DNA of 64,000 bases. It comes from Candidatus Bathyarchaeota archaeon (GTDB lineage: Archaea > Thermoproteota > Bathyarchaeia > Bathyarchaeales > Bathycorpusculaceae). The notes under the pieces were generated by a model. It had not been told where the DNA came from. It saw nothing but the letters and a program-made list of their open reading frames with translations, and searched no databases. The stretch covers positions 32,001-96,000 of the forward strand of contig CAVYRJ010000009.1 in the NCBI GenBank assembly GCA_963770935.1, in the 5' to 3' direction. Within the stretch, counting starts at the first letter, position 1. The number at the start of each line of letters is the position of its first letter. Below are positions 45,298 to 57,138 of the stretch, piece after piece. A program made the position numbers and the translations under genes.

Positions 45298-48200
45298 ATG
45301 CCCTACATAAAAAAAATTGAGTTAAAAGGCTTTAAGTCTTTTGGACCACAAACCGTCAAGGTTAGCCTAGACAAGGGTTTCACTGCAATTACTGGTCCAA
45401 ACGGTAGCGGCAAAACCAACATCATGGATGCTTTGCTTTTTTCGCTTGGGGAACTTAGTACAAGAAGGCTCCGGGCGGAAAATTCTGCTAAGCTTATTTT
45501 TCACGGTTCAGAAAAGGCTGGGCAAGAAAAAGCTAAAATGGCAAAAGTTGTTGTTCAATTTGATAATTCAGATGGCATAATGCCCGTGGACACAACCACA
45601 GTCACCATTTCCCGCGAGGTTTACCGAAACGGGCAGAGCGTTTACAGATTAAACGGACGCCGGATGTCGCGTGGGCACATCACCGAAACACTCTCTATGG
45701 CTTCAATAAGCAGCATAAGCCAAAACATCATTCCGCAAGGCACAATCACGCGGTTAACCGATATTAATCCGCTTGAGCGAAGAAAAATCATCGAAGACCT
45801 CATCGGCATAGCCCAATACGACGATGAAAAGACAGAGGCAGAAGAGAAACTACGCGCCGCGGACATTTCAATCCGTACCGCCATGGGCAGAATTGATGAA
45901 GTCCAAAAACGCCTCGATGACCTTGAACGTGAACGTAACCAACTTTTACGCTACAATTTCATTCAAACCGAAACTAAAAAGTTCCAAGCCATAAAAATCT
46001 CAAGCGACATCACCCAAATGGACAAAACAATAAAGGAAAACACTAGCACAAACCGTTAAGGTTAAGGAAAGGGTTGACAAACTAAAGGAACAACGAAATC
46101 TTCGCAGAACCAAACGCCACGACATCGAAGGGGACTGGCGAAAACTTAGCGGCGAAGGTCTTGAGCAGGGCGGCTCCGAGGTTCTTAAGGTTCAAATAAA
46201 GATTGGAGAATTAAAATCAAAGCTCACCGAGTTAACTACGAAGATTAGTTCTGGGCAAGCTAGCCTTGAAAGTTTTAAGCGTGTTAAAGAAAACAACCTT
46301 GCCCAACACGAGAACCTACGAAGTGAGATTCGGGAAAACCGCTTAAAAATTCGTTCTTTTCGCAGTGAACATGAAAAACTCAAAACCCAAATAACAGAGA
46401 AAGAAGCCGCACACGGTGTTTTGGCGCAGGAAACTTCGCAGCTTTGGGGAGGACTAGATGATAATAACCTGCAAATACGTGCGTTGGAAGCTCAAATTGA
46501 ATCTCATGTTAAACGAATAGCTTATTTACGTTCGGTTTATACACAGGACAAATCGGCTCTGCGGCTTTGCACTGGAAGAATCAAAAACTTATCTGTGAGA
46601 AAAGAAAAGTTCCAGACCAGCCAACTTGAAATCGAGAAATCGTTATCTGAGCTTGAGCAGGTTCAAAGGGACCAGAAAACGCAGTTAAGGAATCTTGAGC
46701 AAACAATAGAGCGTAAAAAAGCTCAGAAAGAAACCGTTCAAAAAGAAATCACTGATGCAGAAAAGATTGCAAGTTCCGCTAAAGATGCCGTAATAGAGTT
46801 TGCAACCCAAAGAGACCTTGCCGCAACAATCGCTAATGAAGAAAAAGCGCTCCGCGGCATCGAGGAAATGGGCGATGTCGACGCAATTGCGGGGATTCAT
46901 GGCAGACTGCGTAATCTGATAAAGATTGATAAAGGCTTCAAGAAAGCCGTTGACGCAGCCGCTACGGGTTGGCTTGATGCTTTGGTCGTAAAAGATATTG
47001 ATACTGCCTTTACATGTACTGAAACGCTTAGGCGCATGAAACTGGGAAGAATCAAAATCATCCCGCTTCATGGGGCAATTAACATTAAAAACAAGGCGCC
47101 GCCAAAACGAGAAGGCATAGTTGGACCTCTTGTGAGCTTTCTGAAGTATGATAGTACCTTTGAGCTTGCAGTTAACTATGTATTCGGCGACACAATGGTT
47201 GTTTCAAACGATAAAGCGGCTTTTGCTCTTTCAAATGAGGGCTACCGTGCAGTTACAGTCAATGGTGACTTGTATGAACCAGGCGCTTTCGAAAGCGGAT
47301 ATTACCGTGCACCGATAGATTTCTCAACTATAATTCCCAGCGAGAAAGCATTAAGCAGCTTAGATGAAGCAGTTAAAGCCCTTCAACAACATCTAACCCA
47401 AAGAGGAACTGACATTATCAGTATTGAGGAAGAACTCGAGTACACGAAAATCGCGATAACAAGACTTACAGAATCCGTGGCAACTCTAGAAAGAGAAATA
47501 ATTAGGGTAAAACGGGGCGTTAAAAGAACCCAATTCAACATTCGACATTTAGAAAAGTACGGCGGCAAACTTGAACGTGAAGCAGCATCCTACAAAGGTC
47601 GCATGGACGTTTATAAAAATGAAAGAAACGCCATCCGAAGAAACCATCAAAAAATCCACGCTGAAATCGCAGCTCTAAGATTGAAGACCAATGTGGCTCA
47701 CATCCAAGAACTTGAGGTTCAACGTGAAAAAATCGGCGAAGAATTAAATACGCTACGGCAACGATTGGGTTCTGCGCAGACAGAGATTTCTACTCACCAG
47801 TCACAATTTGACAGGGTTCTACGGATTGGCTACAAAAACACAAAGATTCAGATTTCAAAGATTGAGCAACAACAAAAAAAACTTGAGAAAGAAGTAGCTG
47901 AGGCGCTTTCTGAACGAGAAATAATCAAGAAAGAAGCAGATGAACAAGAGAAAAGCCGAGTTGACCTCTCTAAAGCGGTTTTTTCTGCTCGTGAAGAATC
48001 CAAAAAATTCACGTCCCAAATCGACTCCATCGACTCGGAGCTAAGGCTGCTTGATTCGGAGTACGAGCAAGCAGAGAGACTTCTAAATCAACTTCAACTT
48101 GGCATAGAAACAAACCAATTCCGATTACAACAGCTTCAAAATCAACTTAGAATGTTCGGTTACGAACAGCCAATGGAAACTAATCCAAGACAGGTGCAGG

Positions 48201-48850
48201 AAGCTGAAACAACCATTCGCATGATGCAGTTTGAAATGGAGCGCATAGGCGCCATAAACCAGCTTGCAGCCTCGCACTATTCTGAACAGATTTCAAGGTA
48301 CCGAGAACTATCTGTGCGTTTAAACGAGTTGGAGCGGGAAAAGCAAGCTATTGTGCTGTTTATGGATGAGATTGAATCTAAAAAACGCAAGGTTTTCATG
48401 GTTGCCTTCGAAAAAATCAACACAAGCCTAAAAGTTTACTTCGAAAAACTCACAGGCGGCGGAGAAGCCACACTTAAGCTTGAAAACCCAGAAGAACCCT
48501 TCAACGGCGGAATAGATATGGTTGTGCAGTTCCCAAATAAGCCTTCTATTGTTGTGAGTGGAGCAAGCGGCGGTGAACGTTCCGTTTCAGCTGTCAGCTT
48601 CATCTTCTCACTCAAAGAGTTCACACCAGCAGCTTTCTACGTCCTTGACGAAGTAGATGCACACCTTGACGCTTTCCACACAACAAAGCTTGCTGAAGTG
48701 CTTTTAGAGGAAGCGGGGAAAATCCAGTTCATCGTCATCAGCCTTCGACCAGAGATGGTTAACAAGGCGCAGAAAGTCTACGGAGTTTATGAACGTAATG
48801 GAGTTTCAAACGTAGTTACCGCAAAATTCCCTTCGGAGGCACCTAAATAA
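45298..48850 (+). CDS. smc: Chromosome segregation protein SMC (one apparent frameshift ~46050)
   Basis: GFKSF, GPNGSGKTN, hinge GIHGRL/LGRIKIIPL, SGGE, LDEVDAHLD. Confidence 0.95.
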
Positions 48851-48851
48851 C

Positions 48852-49571
48852 ATGGCGTCTGTATCAACAACTCCGACGAGGCGTCCGTTTTACCTTCGAC
48901 CTCCCTGGAACATCCTGTTTGAATTAAGCAAACTCGAGAAGCTTACACCATGGAACATTAACATAGCTTATTTACTAAGGTCATTTCTTGCAGAAATGGA
49001 GCGAACACACCCAGAAAAAGTCGATTTTCGCGCTTCAGGGGTAGCATTGGATTCTTCTGCTTTGATTTACTTGATGAAGTCTAAGTTATTGCTTACTTTG
49101 CAGGAGCCACCTGTTCTGCCCAAGGCGCCAACCGATTTTGTTCCACCGCCACTCTTTCTTCCTCTGCGACATGAATTGACTTCCACAACCATTCAGCATT
49201 TATTGGAAGTCTTAGATGACGTGCTGAAAGGTGAAAAACTTCTAAGCCTCACTCACGGGGTTGAGCAGCATCCTGTTTTGCCAGCTGTCACTGATTTGCT
49301 ACCTCAGTTTGACAAGTTCATCGCAGAGCTTGAATTGCAGGTTGACCAGCTGTACGCTATCCTTATCGAGAAAACTGGCGGTCAAGGCATAGTTGATTTT
49401 TCAACCCTAACCAAAGGCGCTACACGCATTGAAGCTTTGCGAATGTTTATCTATTTGTTGTTCCTAGCGCAGGATGGCTTAGTTAGCCTTTGGCAGAATG
49501 AAGAATCCGAGGAATTGTACATAGCTGTGGGGAAACTGAAAGTTGGAAAAGCCGAAAAACCCAATAGTTGA
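48852..49571 (+). CDS. scpA: Kleisin ScpA
   Basis: PWNINI, DFRASG, FIYLLFLAQDG.V.LWQ; follows smc. Confidence 0.85.
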   Translation: MASVSTTPTRRPFYLRPPWNILFELSKLEKLTPWNINIAYLLRSFLAEMERTHPEKVDFRASGVALDSSALIYLMKSKLLLTLQEPPVLPKAPTDFVPPPLFLPLRHELTSTTIQHLLEVLDDVLKGEKLLSLTHGVEQHPVLPAVTDLLPQFDKFIAELELQVDQLYAILIEKTGGQGIVDFSTLTKGATRIEALRMFIYLLFLAQDGLVSLWQNEESEELYIAVGKLKVGKAEKPNS

Positions 49572-50154
49572 AGAAAGCTCAAATCCAACTCCTGAGGTTG
49601 AGCAGGCACAGGAAAATGAGCGTAAAACTCATAGTCTAGCGCTTTTAGAAGCGGCTCTCTATGTTGCAGGTCGCCCCTTAGATCTAAACGAGCTATGTCA
49701 AGTAATTGGAAGCCGCTCTAAAAAACGGGTGACGATTTACGTTGAGACACTCATGGAAGAATATAAGGCACGCAGCAAAGCTCTTGAGATTTTGCCGCTG
49801 AAAAATGAGCGATATGTTTTACAGGTAAAAGCAGAATTTACACCTTTGATAAAAAAGCTGGTCAACAGGCCCCTTCTATCTTCTGGCCCCCTAAAAACTC
49901 TCTCCTACATTGCCTATCGCCAACCCATCTCCCAGAAAAGAGTAATCGAAGTCCGAGGGCAACATGCATATGGACATGTAAAGTTACTCAAGGATATGGG
50001 GTTGATAAATGCTGAAAGAAGCGGACGTTCAATGGCACTAAAGACCACCGATTACTTTTCAGACTACTTTGGATTAACAACGGACACTTCAGTAATGAAA
50101 AGAGATTTGAAAAAGATTTTCGGTGAAGCATTAAAAGAAGATGCCCAAACTTAA
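49543..50154 (+). CDS. scpB: ScpB
   Basis: LEAALYVAG, KTLSYIAYRQPI, VRG, TT..F.DYFGL. Confidence 0.92.
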   Translation: MEKPKNPIVEESSNPTPEVEQAQENERKTHSLALLEAALYVAGRPLDLNELCQVIGSRSKKRVTIYVETLMEEYKARSKALEILPLKNERYVLQVKAEFTPLIKKLVNRPLLSSGPLKTLSYIAYRQPISQKRVIEVRGQHAYGHVKLLKDMGLINAERSGRSMALKTTDYFSDYFGLTTDTSVMKRDLKKIFGEALKEDAQT

Positions 50155-50496
50155 AAGATAGTGGCTTTCATTCGTCAAAGCATTTAGCTAAATACTTTCA
50201 ATTGCGATTAGCTTTTTCTTTGCAGTTTTCCGTAATATTTCTGTGCTGGTCTACTATGTAGATATACAAAGAAACCGTAAACTTTTTATTTGCAACACGG
50301 TGTAACTTTTAAAGTACGTGGAGTTTAAAGAGGAAAGAACATGAGGGATCGTCACCTCAATAGCTGGGATCGTCGGGTACATATTTTCTAATTCACCCAG
50401 GTCACCCTCTAAACAATTCACGAAAAAATTCTCGCAAACATCTTCTTTTCTAGACGAGTTTATAGTTGATTCAACTGATAGGAGACAGAATTAAAA

Positions 50497-52200
50497 ATGG
50501 CAAAAATGTCTGGTGCACAAGCACTCTTAGAATCCCTAGAACGACAAAAAGTTGAAGTTATGTTCGGCATCTTAGGCGGAGCAATCCTCCCAGTATACGA
50601 TGCATTATGCAAAAGCAAAATTCGACATATCTTGGCAAGACACGAACAATGTGCTGCCCACGAAGCTGAAGGCTATGCACGTGCCAGCGGACGAGCAGGC
50701 GTATGCATGGCAACCAGCGGTCCAGGAGCCACAAACCTAGTCACAGGCATAGCTAACGCCTACATGGATTCCTCCCCAATCATTGCCTTAACTGGCCAAG
50801 TGCCCTCTTCCGGCGCCAACACCAGCTACATGATTGGAAGAGACGCCTTCCAAGAAGCAGACATCATAGGCATAGTTACAGCAGTCACCAAATACTGCTA
50901 CCAACCAAGAACCGTCGCAGAAATCCCAGTTACAGTCAACAGCGCCTTCCACATAGCAACAACAGGCAGACCGGGACCAGTGCTCATTGATTTACCCAAG
51001 AACATTCAAGCTGGAATCGTAGACATTGAAATTACAGACAAAATAGAAGTCGCAGGTTACAGAATAACAACTGAACCGGACCTTGCAAAAATTAGCGAAG
51101 CTTCAGACTTACTTGCTAAAGCTCAAACCCCAATAATACTGGCAGGCGGCGGAGCCATAATCGCTGGAGCCTCTGATGAAATCGTCAAAATGTCGGACTT
51201 ACTGATGGCTCCAGTTGCTACAACCTTCATGGGAAAAGGCGCCTTCCCCGAAACTCATCCTCTCTCACTGGGAAGTATAGGCATGCATGGTAACCCAGCG
51301 GCAAACAGGCTAATGGGTGAAGCAGACGTACTGTTAGCCATCGGGACAAGATTTAGCGACCGAGCAACAGCGAACCTCGACACGTTTGCCCCAAATGCCA
51401 AGATAATCCATATAGAAATCGACAACGCAGAAATTAACAAAAACATAGAAGTTGATGTGCCCATAGTCGCAGATGCAAAAATCGCCATGAAAATGCTGTT
51501 GATGGCAACATCCAAGAAGCTGCAGAAAGGCGAAGGCAAAGAATGGACAAAACGGGTTAAAGAAGTCAAGGAAAAGCTAAGTCCATTGATAAAAGATCTG
51601 CCAAAAGACGTGGTTCCCAAGTCCTTATTGTCTGAACTAAGAAAATTATTGCCAGACAGCGCCATAGTTACAACCGAAGTTGGACAGAACCAGATGTGGT
51701 CAGCACTATACTTCAAAGCACTAAAACCGCGGACATTCATCAGTTCAGGCGGACTTGGCACGATGGGCTTTGGGTTCCCAGCAGCCATAGGTGCTAAAGT
51801 CGCATGCCCAGACCGACAAGTCGTAGACATAGCAGGCGACGGCAGCTTCATAATGAGTGAACAAGAATTAGCATGCAGCGTAACAGAAAATATACCGGTC
51901 ACAGTCATCGTCTTAAATAATTCAGTCTTAGGAATGGTTGCGCAGTGGCAACGAACCTTGTATGACCGCCGCTACATGGCTGTCAACTTAGGCAAGGTTC
52001 CAGACATGGTTAAGCTAGCTGAAGCATACGGAGCTCAAGGCTTCCGCGTAAACAGCATCGCTGAATTCCACAAAGCAGTTAAGACAGCACTAAACAGTAA
52101 AGTAACAACGGTAATCGACGTGCCTATTGGTTCAGAAACCGATGTGGTTCCTTTTGTGCCTCCAGGCTGCGGATTACCCCAACAGAGAGGTGACTACTAA
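50497..52200 (+). CDS. ilvB: Acetolactate synthase large subunit
   Basis: RHEQ, TSGPGATN, DAFQE, GMHG, GDGSF..NN. Confidence 0.96.
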   Translation: MAKMSGAQALLESLERQKVEVMFGILGGAILPVYDALCKSKIRHILARHEQCAAHEAEGYARASGRAGVCMATSGPGATNLVTGIANAYMDSSPIIALTGQVPSSGANTSYMIGRDAFQEADIIGIVTAVTKYCYQPRTVAEIPVTVNSAFHIATTGRPGPVLIDLPKNIQAGIVDIEITDKIEVAGYRITTEPDLAKISEASDLLAKAQTPIILAGGGAIIAGASDEIVKMSDLLMAPVATTFMGKGAFPETHPLSLGSIGMHGNPAANRLMGEADVLLAIGTRFSDRATANLDTFAPNAKIIHIEIDNAEINKNIEVDVPIVADAKIAMKMLLMATSKKLQKGEGKEWTKRVKEVKEKLSPLIKDLPKDVVPKSLLSELRKLLPDSAIVTTEVGQNQMWSALYFKALKPRTFISSGGLGTMGFGFPAAIGAKVACPDRQVVDIAGDGSFIMSEQELACSVTENIPVTVIVLNNSVLGMVAQWQRTLYDRRYMAVNLGKVPDMVKLAEAYGAQGFRVNSIAEFHKAVKTALNSKVTTVIDVPIGSETDVVPFVPPGCGLPQQRGDY

Positions 52201-52712
52201 TGGAAGCTGGAAAAACCAAAGTCATAAGCGTCCTGGTAGAAAACAAACCGGGAGTTTTGCACCTCATCGCCAACCTTTTCCGCCGCAGAAACTTTAACAT
52301 CGAAAGCATAACAGTTGGACCCACCCAAGAGCCAAACGTAGCCCGAATGACTATTACAGTAAACGAAGACGAAAAAACAATCGATCAAGTCGTCAAACAA
52401 GTCGCAAAACAAATCGACGTTCTAAAAGTCAGCGAGCTAGAGCAGGGCAACTTTGTGATGCGTGAACTCGCCCTCATAAAGGTTAATGTGCCAAGCCCCA
52501 AAGAACGCTCCGACGTAATCAACTGCGTAGAAGTCTTCCGAGGTAGAATCATAGATGTCTCAACCGATAGCTTAACAGTGGAAATCACAGGCACTCCTGA
52601 CAAAATCGACGCATTCCTAAACCTAATGAAATCCTACGGAATAATAGAACTCGCAAGAACAGGCATAACAGCACTAGCTCGTGGCGCAAAATCGATAAGA
52701 ATCGACGAATAA
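52200..52712 (+). CDS. ilvN: Acetolactate synthase small subunit
   Basis: VENKPGVL, RRNFNIESI, RELALIKV, ARTG. Confidence 0.96.
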   Translation: MEAGKTKVISVLVENKPGVLHLIANLFRRRNFNIESITVGPTQEPNVARMTITVNEDEKTIDQVVKQVAKQIDVLKVSELEQGNFVMRELALIKVNVPSPKERSDVINCVEVFRGRIIDVSTDSLTVEITGTPDKIDAFLNLMKSYGIIELARTGITALARGAKSIRIDE

Positions 52713-52807
52713 ACAGCATTGCCTAAGCGGAAACCCTTAATTGTTGGTTCTTCAAAAATGCCCATTATCTTAAGTGTATTTAGTTTAATTTAGGGATAAG
52801 AGAAATC

Positions 52808-54088
52808 ATGAACATAACAGAAAAAATCTTAGCTAAAGCTTCAGGAAAAAAATCCGTGCACCCGGGAGAAATCGTCGACGCAAATGTCGACATGGTAATG
52901 GTGCACGATTTAACTGGACCTTTAGCGGTTGAAGCCTTCAAAAAAATAGGCGTAGAAAAAGTTTGGGATAACAAAAAAGTAGTGGTAATTCTGGATCATC
53001 AAGTTCCAGCTGAATCGGTTAAGGCAGCGGAACTACACAAGACCATGAGGCAATTTGCCAAAAACCAAAACGTAACATTCTACGACGTTGGAAGAGGCGG
53101 AATATGCCATCAAGTCATGCCCGATAAAGGACACGTGGTTCCCGGAACTATCATATTAGGTGCCGACTCACACACTTGCACTTACGGAGCATTTGGAGCT
53201 TTTGCAACAGGTATCGGTTCAACAGAGGCAGCTGCAGTAATGGCTACAGGAAAAATCTGGCTGAAAGTTCCCGAAGCCATCAAAGTAAACGTTAAAGGCA
53301 AATTCAAACCAAACGTCACAGCCAAAGACCTAGTTTTAGCAATAACAGGTAAGCTGGGGGTTGATGGCGCAATTTACAAGAGTTTAGAGTTTACGGGTCC
53401 AACCGTCAAAAACATGACTGTTTCAGGACGCATGACCCTGTGCAACATGGCTGTTGAGATGGGCGCAAAAAACGGCATAGTTGAACCCGACGAAACCACC
53501 CGCAAATACTTAGAAGGCAAAATAAAAAAAATGCCCGACTTAGATGCTTTGAAAAGCGATCCCGATGCTAAATACAGTCAAACCGCCGAATTCGACGTTT
53601 CATCCATGGAGCCTCAAGTGGCATGCCCATCATCAGTTGACAACGTTAAACCAATCAGCAAAATAGGGGAAGTTAAAATTGACCAAGCCTTCATTGGTTC
53701 ATGCACTAACGGAAGATTAGAAGATTTGCAGTTAGCTGCAAAAATCATGAAGGGCAAAAAAGTTGCCGACGGCGTCCGTGCCCTAGTTATTCCTGCGTCT
53801 CAGGAAATCTATCAGCAAGCCGACAAAGAAGGGTTGCTACAGATTTTCACTGAGGCAGGCGCAATCGTTTGCGGCTCGGCTTGTGGACCATGCTTAGGCG
53901 GACACATTGGGTTGTTGGCAGCTGGAGAAACCTGCGTTAGCACCTCTAACCGTAACTTTATCGGGAGAATGGGCAGCACCCAAGCCAACGTCTATTTAGC
54001 TTCACCTGCAACAGTAGCTGCTTCAGCATTAACAGGAAAAATCACAGACCCCACAGTTCAGGAGATAAAAGCATGTCCAGCAAAATAA
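52808..54088 (+). CDS. leuC: 3-isopropylmalate dehydratase large subunit
   Basis: DSHTCT, IGSCTNGR, CGPC, SNRNF. Confidence 0.92.
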   Translation: MNITEKILAKASGKKSVHPGEIVDANVDMVMVHDLTGPLAVEAFKKIGVEKVWDNKKVVVILDHQVPAESVKAAELHKTMRQFAKNQNVTFYDVGRGGICHQVMPDKGHVVPGTIILGADSHTCTYGAFGAFATGIGSTEAAAVMATGKIWLKVPEAIKVNVKGKFKPNVTAKDLVLAITGKLGVDGAIYKSLEFTGPTVKNMTVSGRMTLCNMAVEMGAKNGIVEPDETTRKYLEGKIKKMPDLDALKSDPDAKYSQTAEFDVSSMEPQVACPSSVDNVKPISKIGEVKIDQAFIGSCTNGRLEDLQLAAKIMKGKKVADGVRALVIPASQEIYQQADKEGLLQIFTEAGAIVCGSACGPCLGGHIGLLAAGETCVSTSNRNFIGRMGSTQANVYLASPATVAASALTGKITDPTVQEIKACPAK

Positions 54089-54573
54089 AAGCGCCAGCCA
54101 TAGTGTTCGGCAACAACATCGACACAGACGTCATCCTGCCAGGAAAATACCTAATCCTAGTGGACCCTTGCGAATTAGCAAAACATGCCTTAGAAAGCTT
54201 AGATACAACATTCCCAGACAAAGCCAAAAAAGGAATAATCATCATAGGAGGAAAAAACTTTGGCTGCGGCTCAAGTAGGGAACAAGCACCCATAGCACTA
54301 AAGTACTCAGGCGTGAAATGCGTCATCGCAGAATCGTTCGCACGTATCTTTTTCCGAAACGCAATAAACATCGGCTTACCAGTCCTCGAATGCAAAGGCA
54401 TCTCAGACGCCGTTAAAACAGGCGACACCGTTGCTGTGGATTTTGAAGCGGGCAAGATAGAAAATGTATCTAACGGCAAAAAGTTTCAAGTAGATAAGCT
54501 ACCACCATTTATCTTAGAAATATTTGCAGATGGCGGATTAATCGAAAACCTACGAAGGAAAATGAAAAAATGA
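54073..54573 (+). CDS. leuD: 3-isopropylmalate dehydratase small subunit
   Basis: IDTD, NFGCGSSREQA, SFARIFFRN. Confidence 0.93.
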   Translation: MSSKIKAPAIVFGNNIDTDVILPGKYLILVDPCELAKHALESLDTTFPDKAKKGIIIIGGKNFGCGSSREQAPIALKYSGVKCVIAESFARIFFRNAINIGLPVLECKGISDAVKTGDTVAVDFEAGKIENVSNGKKFQVDKLPPFILEIFADGGLIENLRRKMKK

Positions 54574-55607
54574 CAGAATATAAAATATCCCTCATTCCCG
54601 GCGACGGCATCGGACCAGAATTGTCAGAAGCCACCCTAAAAGTCCTAGAAGCAGTCGAAAAGAAATTCGGCTTAAAATTCAAAATCATCGACGCACCAGC
54701 TGGCGACATCGCCCTTGAAACTCTTGGCGCTGCATTACCTGCCGAAACAGTAGAGAAAATCAAGGATTCACACGCTTGCCTAAAGGGTCCAGTAGGCGAA
54801 TCGGCAGCTGACGTTATCGTGAAACTCAGAGTCATGTTCGATTTGTACGCTAATTTGCGTCCTCTGAAAGCTTACCCCAACGTTCCTGTTGCTCGACCAG
54901 ATATCGACATGTTGTTTGTCCGAGAGAACACTGAGGACGTTTACAAAGGCTTAGAGTTCACAATAGGCACCGATACAACTCTTTGCCTTAGAGTTATTAC
55001 AAGAAAAGCTTGCGAACGTATCGCCAAGAAAGCGTTTGAAATGGCACGTTTACGCAATGGCAAAAAGAAAGTCACCGCCATCCACAAAGCCAACGTTATG
55101 CGAGTAACCGACGGCTTATTTGCCAGCGTATGTCGTGAAACAGCAAAACAGTATCCAGACATAGCGTTTAACGAACTCTACGTTGACGCCGCATCCATGC
55201 GCTTAATTAAAGAACCACAAATATTTGATGTCTTCTGCACCTGCAACATGTTCGGCGACATCCTAAGCGACGAAGCCGCACAGCTAATCGGCGGGTTAGG
55301 CATGGCTCCAGGCGCAAACATCGGCGACAACTTTGGCCTCTTTGAACCAATACATGGCTCCGCACCAAACAGAGCAGGAAAACACACCGCTAACCCAATT
55401 AGCATGATACTTTCCGCAAAAATGATGCTGGAATGGCTAGGAGAAAAATACGGTGACAAGAAATGCTTACAAGCAGGCGCAGCCATAGAGAACGGTGTAG
55501 TTTACGCTCTGCGTAACTATCAATCTGTTCCAGACTGCGGCGGCAAAACCACAACCGTGGGCATGGCAGAAGCTATCGCTGCAGCCTTAACGGTTAAAAG
55601 TGGCTGA
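54570..55607 (+). CDS. leuB: 3-isopropylmalate dehydrogenase
   Basis: PGDGIGPE, RENTE, HKANV, NMFGDILSD, HGSAP; leu operon context. Confidence 0.88.
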   Translation: MTEYKISLIPGDGIGPELSEATLKVLEAVEKKFGLKFKIIDAPAGDIALETLGAALPAETVEKIKDSHACLKGPVGESAADVIVKLRVMFDLYANLRPLKAYPNVPVARPDIDMLFVRENTEDVYKGLEFTIGTDTTLCLRVITRKACERIAKKAFEMARLRNGKKKVTAIHKANVMRVTDGLFASVCRETAKQYPDIAFNELYVDAASMRLIKEPQIFDVFCTCNMFGDILSDEAAQLIGGLGMAPGANIGDNFGLFEPIHGSAPNRAGKHTANPISMILSAKMMLEWLGEKYGDKKCLQAGAAIENGVVYALRNYQSVPDCGGKTTTVGMAEAIAAALTVKSG

Positions 55608-57138
55608 AAGCATGACAAACAAAACCTCAAGAACCATCCGAATTTTTGATACCACATTAAGAGACGGGGAACAAACCCCCGGAGTTTCTTTAACAGCCGA
55701 CGACAAAATTGAGATAGCCCGCCAACTAAGTAAACTAGGCGTTGATGTTATCGAAGCAGGTTTCCCAAGCTCATCGGAGGGCGAACGCAAAGTCGTCAAA
55801 GACATAGCAAAACTTGGCTTAACCTCGGAAATTTGTGCATTATCACGCGCAACAAGAAAAGACATAGATGCAGCACTCGCCTGCGATGTCAGCTTAATCC
55901 ATGTCTTCATCCCGACCTCTCCAGTCCAAATGAAATATGCCGTCAACTTGACAGAGGAGCAGGTGTTAGCTTCAGCGGTGGACTCGATTGAATATGTTAA
56001 GAAGCATGGCGTAAAATGCGAGTTTTCACCAATGGATGCCACCCGCAGCGAGCTGCCATTCCTAAAAAAAGTCTGCAAAGCCGCACAGGACGCAGGCATG
56101 GACACGCTAAACGTTCCCGATACCGTAGGCATCATGATTCCTAAGACCACCTCCAAACTAGTTGAAGACCTAAAAACCGTTGTCTCCGTGCCAATAAGCA
56201 TACACTGCCACGACGACTTTGGTTTGGCAGTTGCAAACAGTTTAGCTGCAGTTGAGGCAGGTGCAGCACAAGTTCACGTCGCTGTCAACGGCTTAGGCGA
56301 ACGAGCAGGCAACGCTTCACTAGAAGAGGTCGTTATGGCGTTGCATATGATTTACAAGTACAAAACTGGCGTAAACACACGCTTACTCTACAGTACCTCG
56401 CGACTGGTTGCAGCCTTAACAGGCATTACAGTGCAAGCTAACAAAGCAATTGTCGGCGAGAACGCTTTTGCCCACGAATCAGGCATCCACACAAGAGGCG
56501 TAACAGAGAAACCATTAACATTTGAGCCAATAAACCCAGAACTAGTTGGGCGCACAAGGAAACTGGTCGCTGGAAAGTTGGCGGGAACCCGAGGCATTAA
56601 AGCTGGACTTGAAGAAATCGGCATTCACCCAACGGAGGAGCAACTAAAAGAAATCGTCCAGCGCGTCAAAGAATTGGGTGACAAAGGCAAAATGGTCACA
56701 GACGCCGACTTAATAGCTTTAACCTCAGCTGTTATGGGTGAAGTTGTTGGGGAAGAAAAAATCGTTGACCTATGCGACATGGCAGTTGTAACAGGCATCA
56801 AAGTTATCCCAACCGCTTCCGTGCGTTTAGTCTTGAACGGCAAAGAATACGTTGCCGCTGAAACAGGAGTTGGACCCGTAGACGCAGTGCTTAAAGCCAT
56901 CCAGAAGTTAACCAGCAGCATCGAAAACATCCGCCTAAGCGAATATCGCCTTGAAGCTATAACGGGAGGATCCAACGCAGTCGCGGAAGTTGTCATTAAA
57001 GTCGAGGATGAAAAAGGCAACATCGTTAGCGCCAGAGCAGCCAGAGAAGACATCGTTATGGCATCTGTTGAAGCGATGATAAACGGCATAAACAAACTCT
57101 TGCTAAAGAACCATCAAAAGCAGGGAAACAAAAAGTGA
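55600..57138 (+). CDS. leuA: 2-isopropylmalate synthase (LeuA/CimA family)
   Basis: DTTLRDGEQ, HCHDD, GERAGN, HESGIH, GPVDA regulatory domain; CimA not excluded. Confidence 0.8.
   Translation: MAESMTNKTSRTIRIFDTTLRDGEQTPGVSLTADDKIEIARQLSKLGVDVIEAGFPSSSEGERKVVKDIAKLGLTSEICALSRATRKDIDAALACDVSLIHVFIPTSPVQMKYAVNLTEEQVLASAVDSIEYVKKHGVKCEFSPMDATRSELPFLKKVCKAAQDAGMDTLNVPDTVGIMIPKTTSKLVEDLKTVVSVPISIHCHDDFGLAVANSLAAVEAGAAQVHVAVNGLGERAGNASLEEVVMALHMIYKYKTGVNTRLLYSTSRLVAALTGITVQANKAIVGENAFAHESGIHTRGVTEKPLTFEPINPELVGRTRKLVAGKLAGTRGIKAGLEEIGIHPTEEQLKEIVQRVKELGDKGKMVTDADLIALTSAVMGEVVGEEKIVDLCDMAVVTGIKVIPTASVRLVLNGKEYVAAETGVGPVDAVLKAIQKLTSSIENIRLSEYRLEAITGGSNAVAEVVIKVEDEKGNIVSARAAREDIVMASVEAMINGINKLLLKNHQKQGNKK

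Noticed and set aside
50318-50344. In-frame TGA in the ilv leader read as selenocysteine or readthrough
   Set aside because: No selenoprotein-like context and no SECIS evidence
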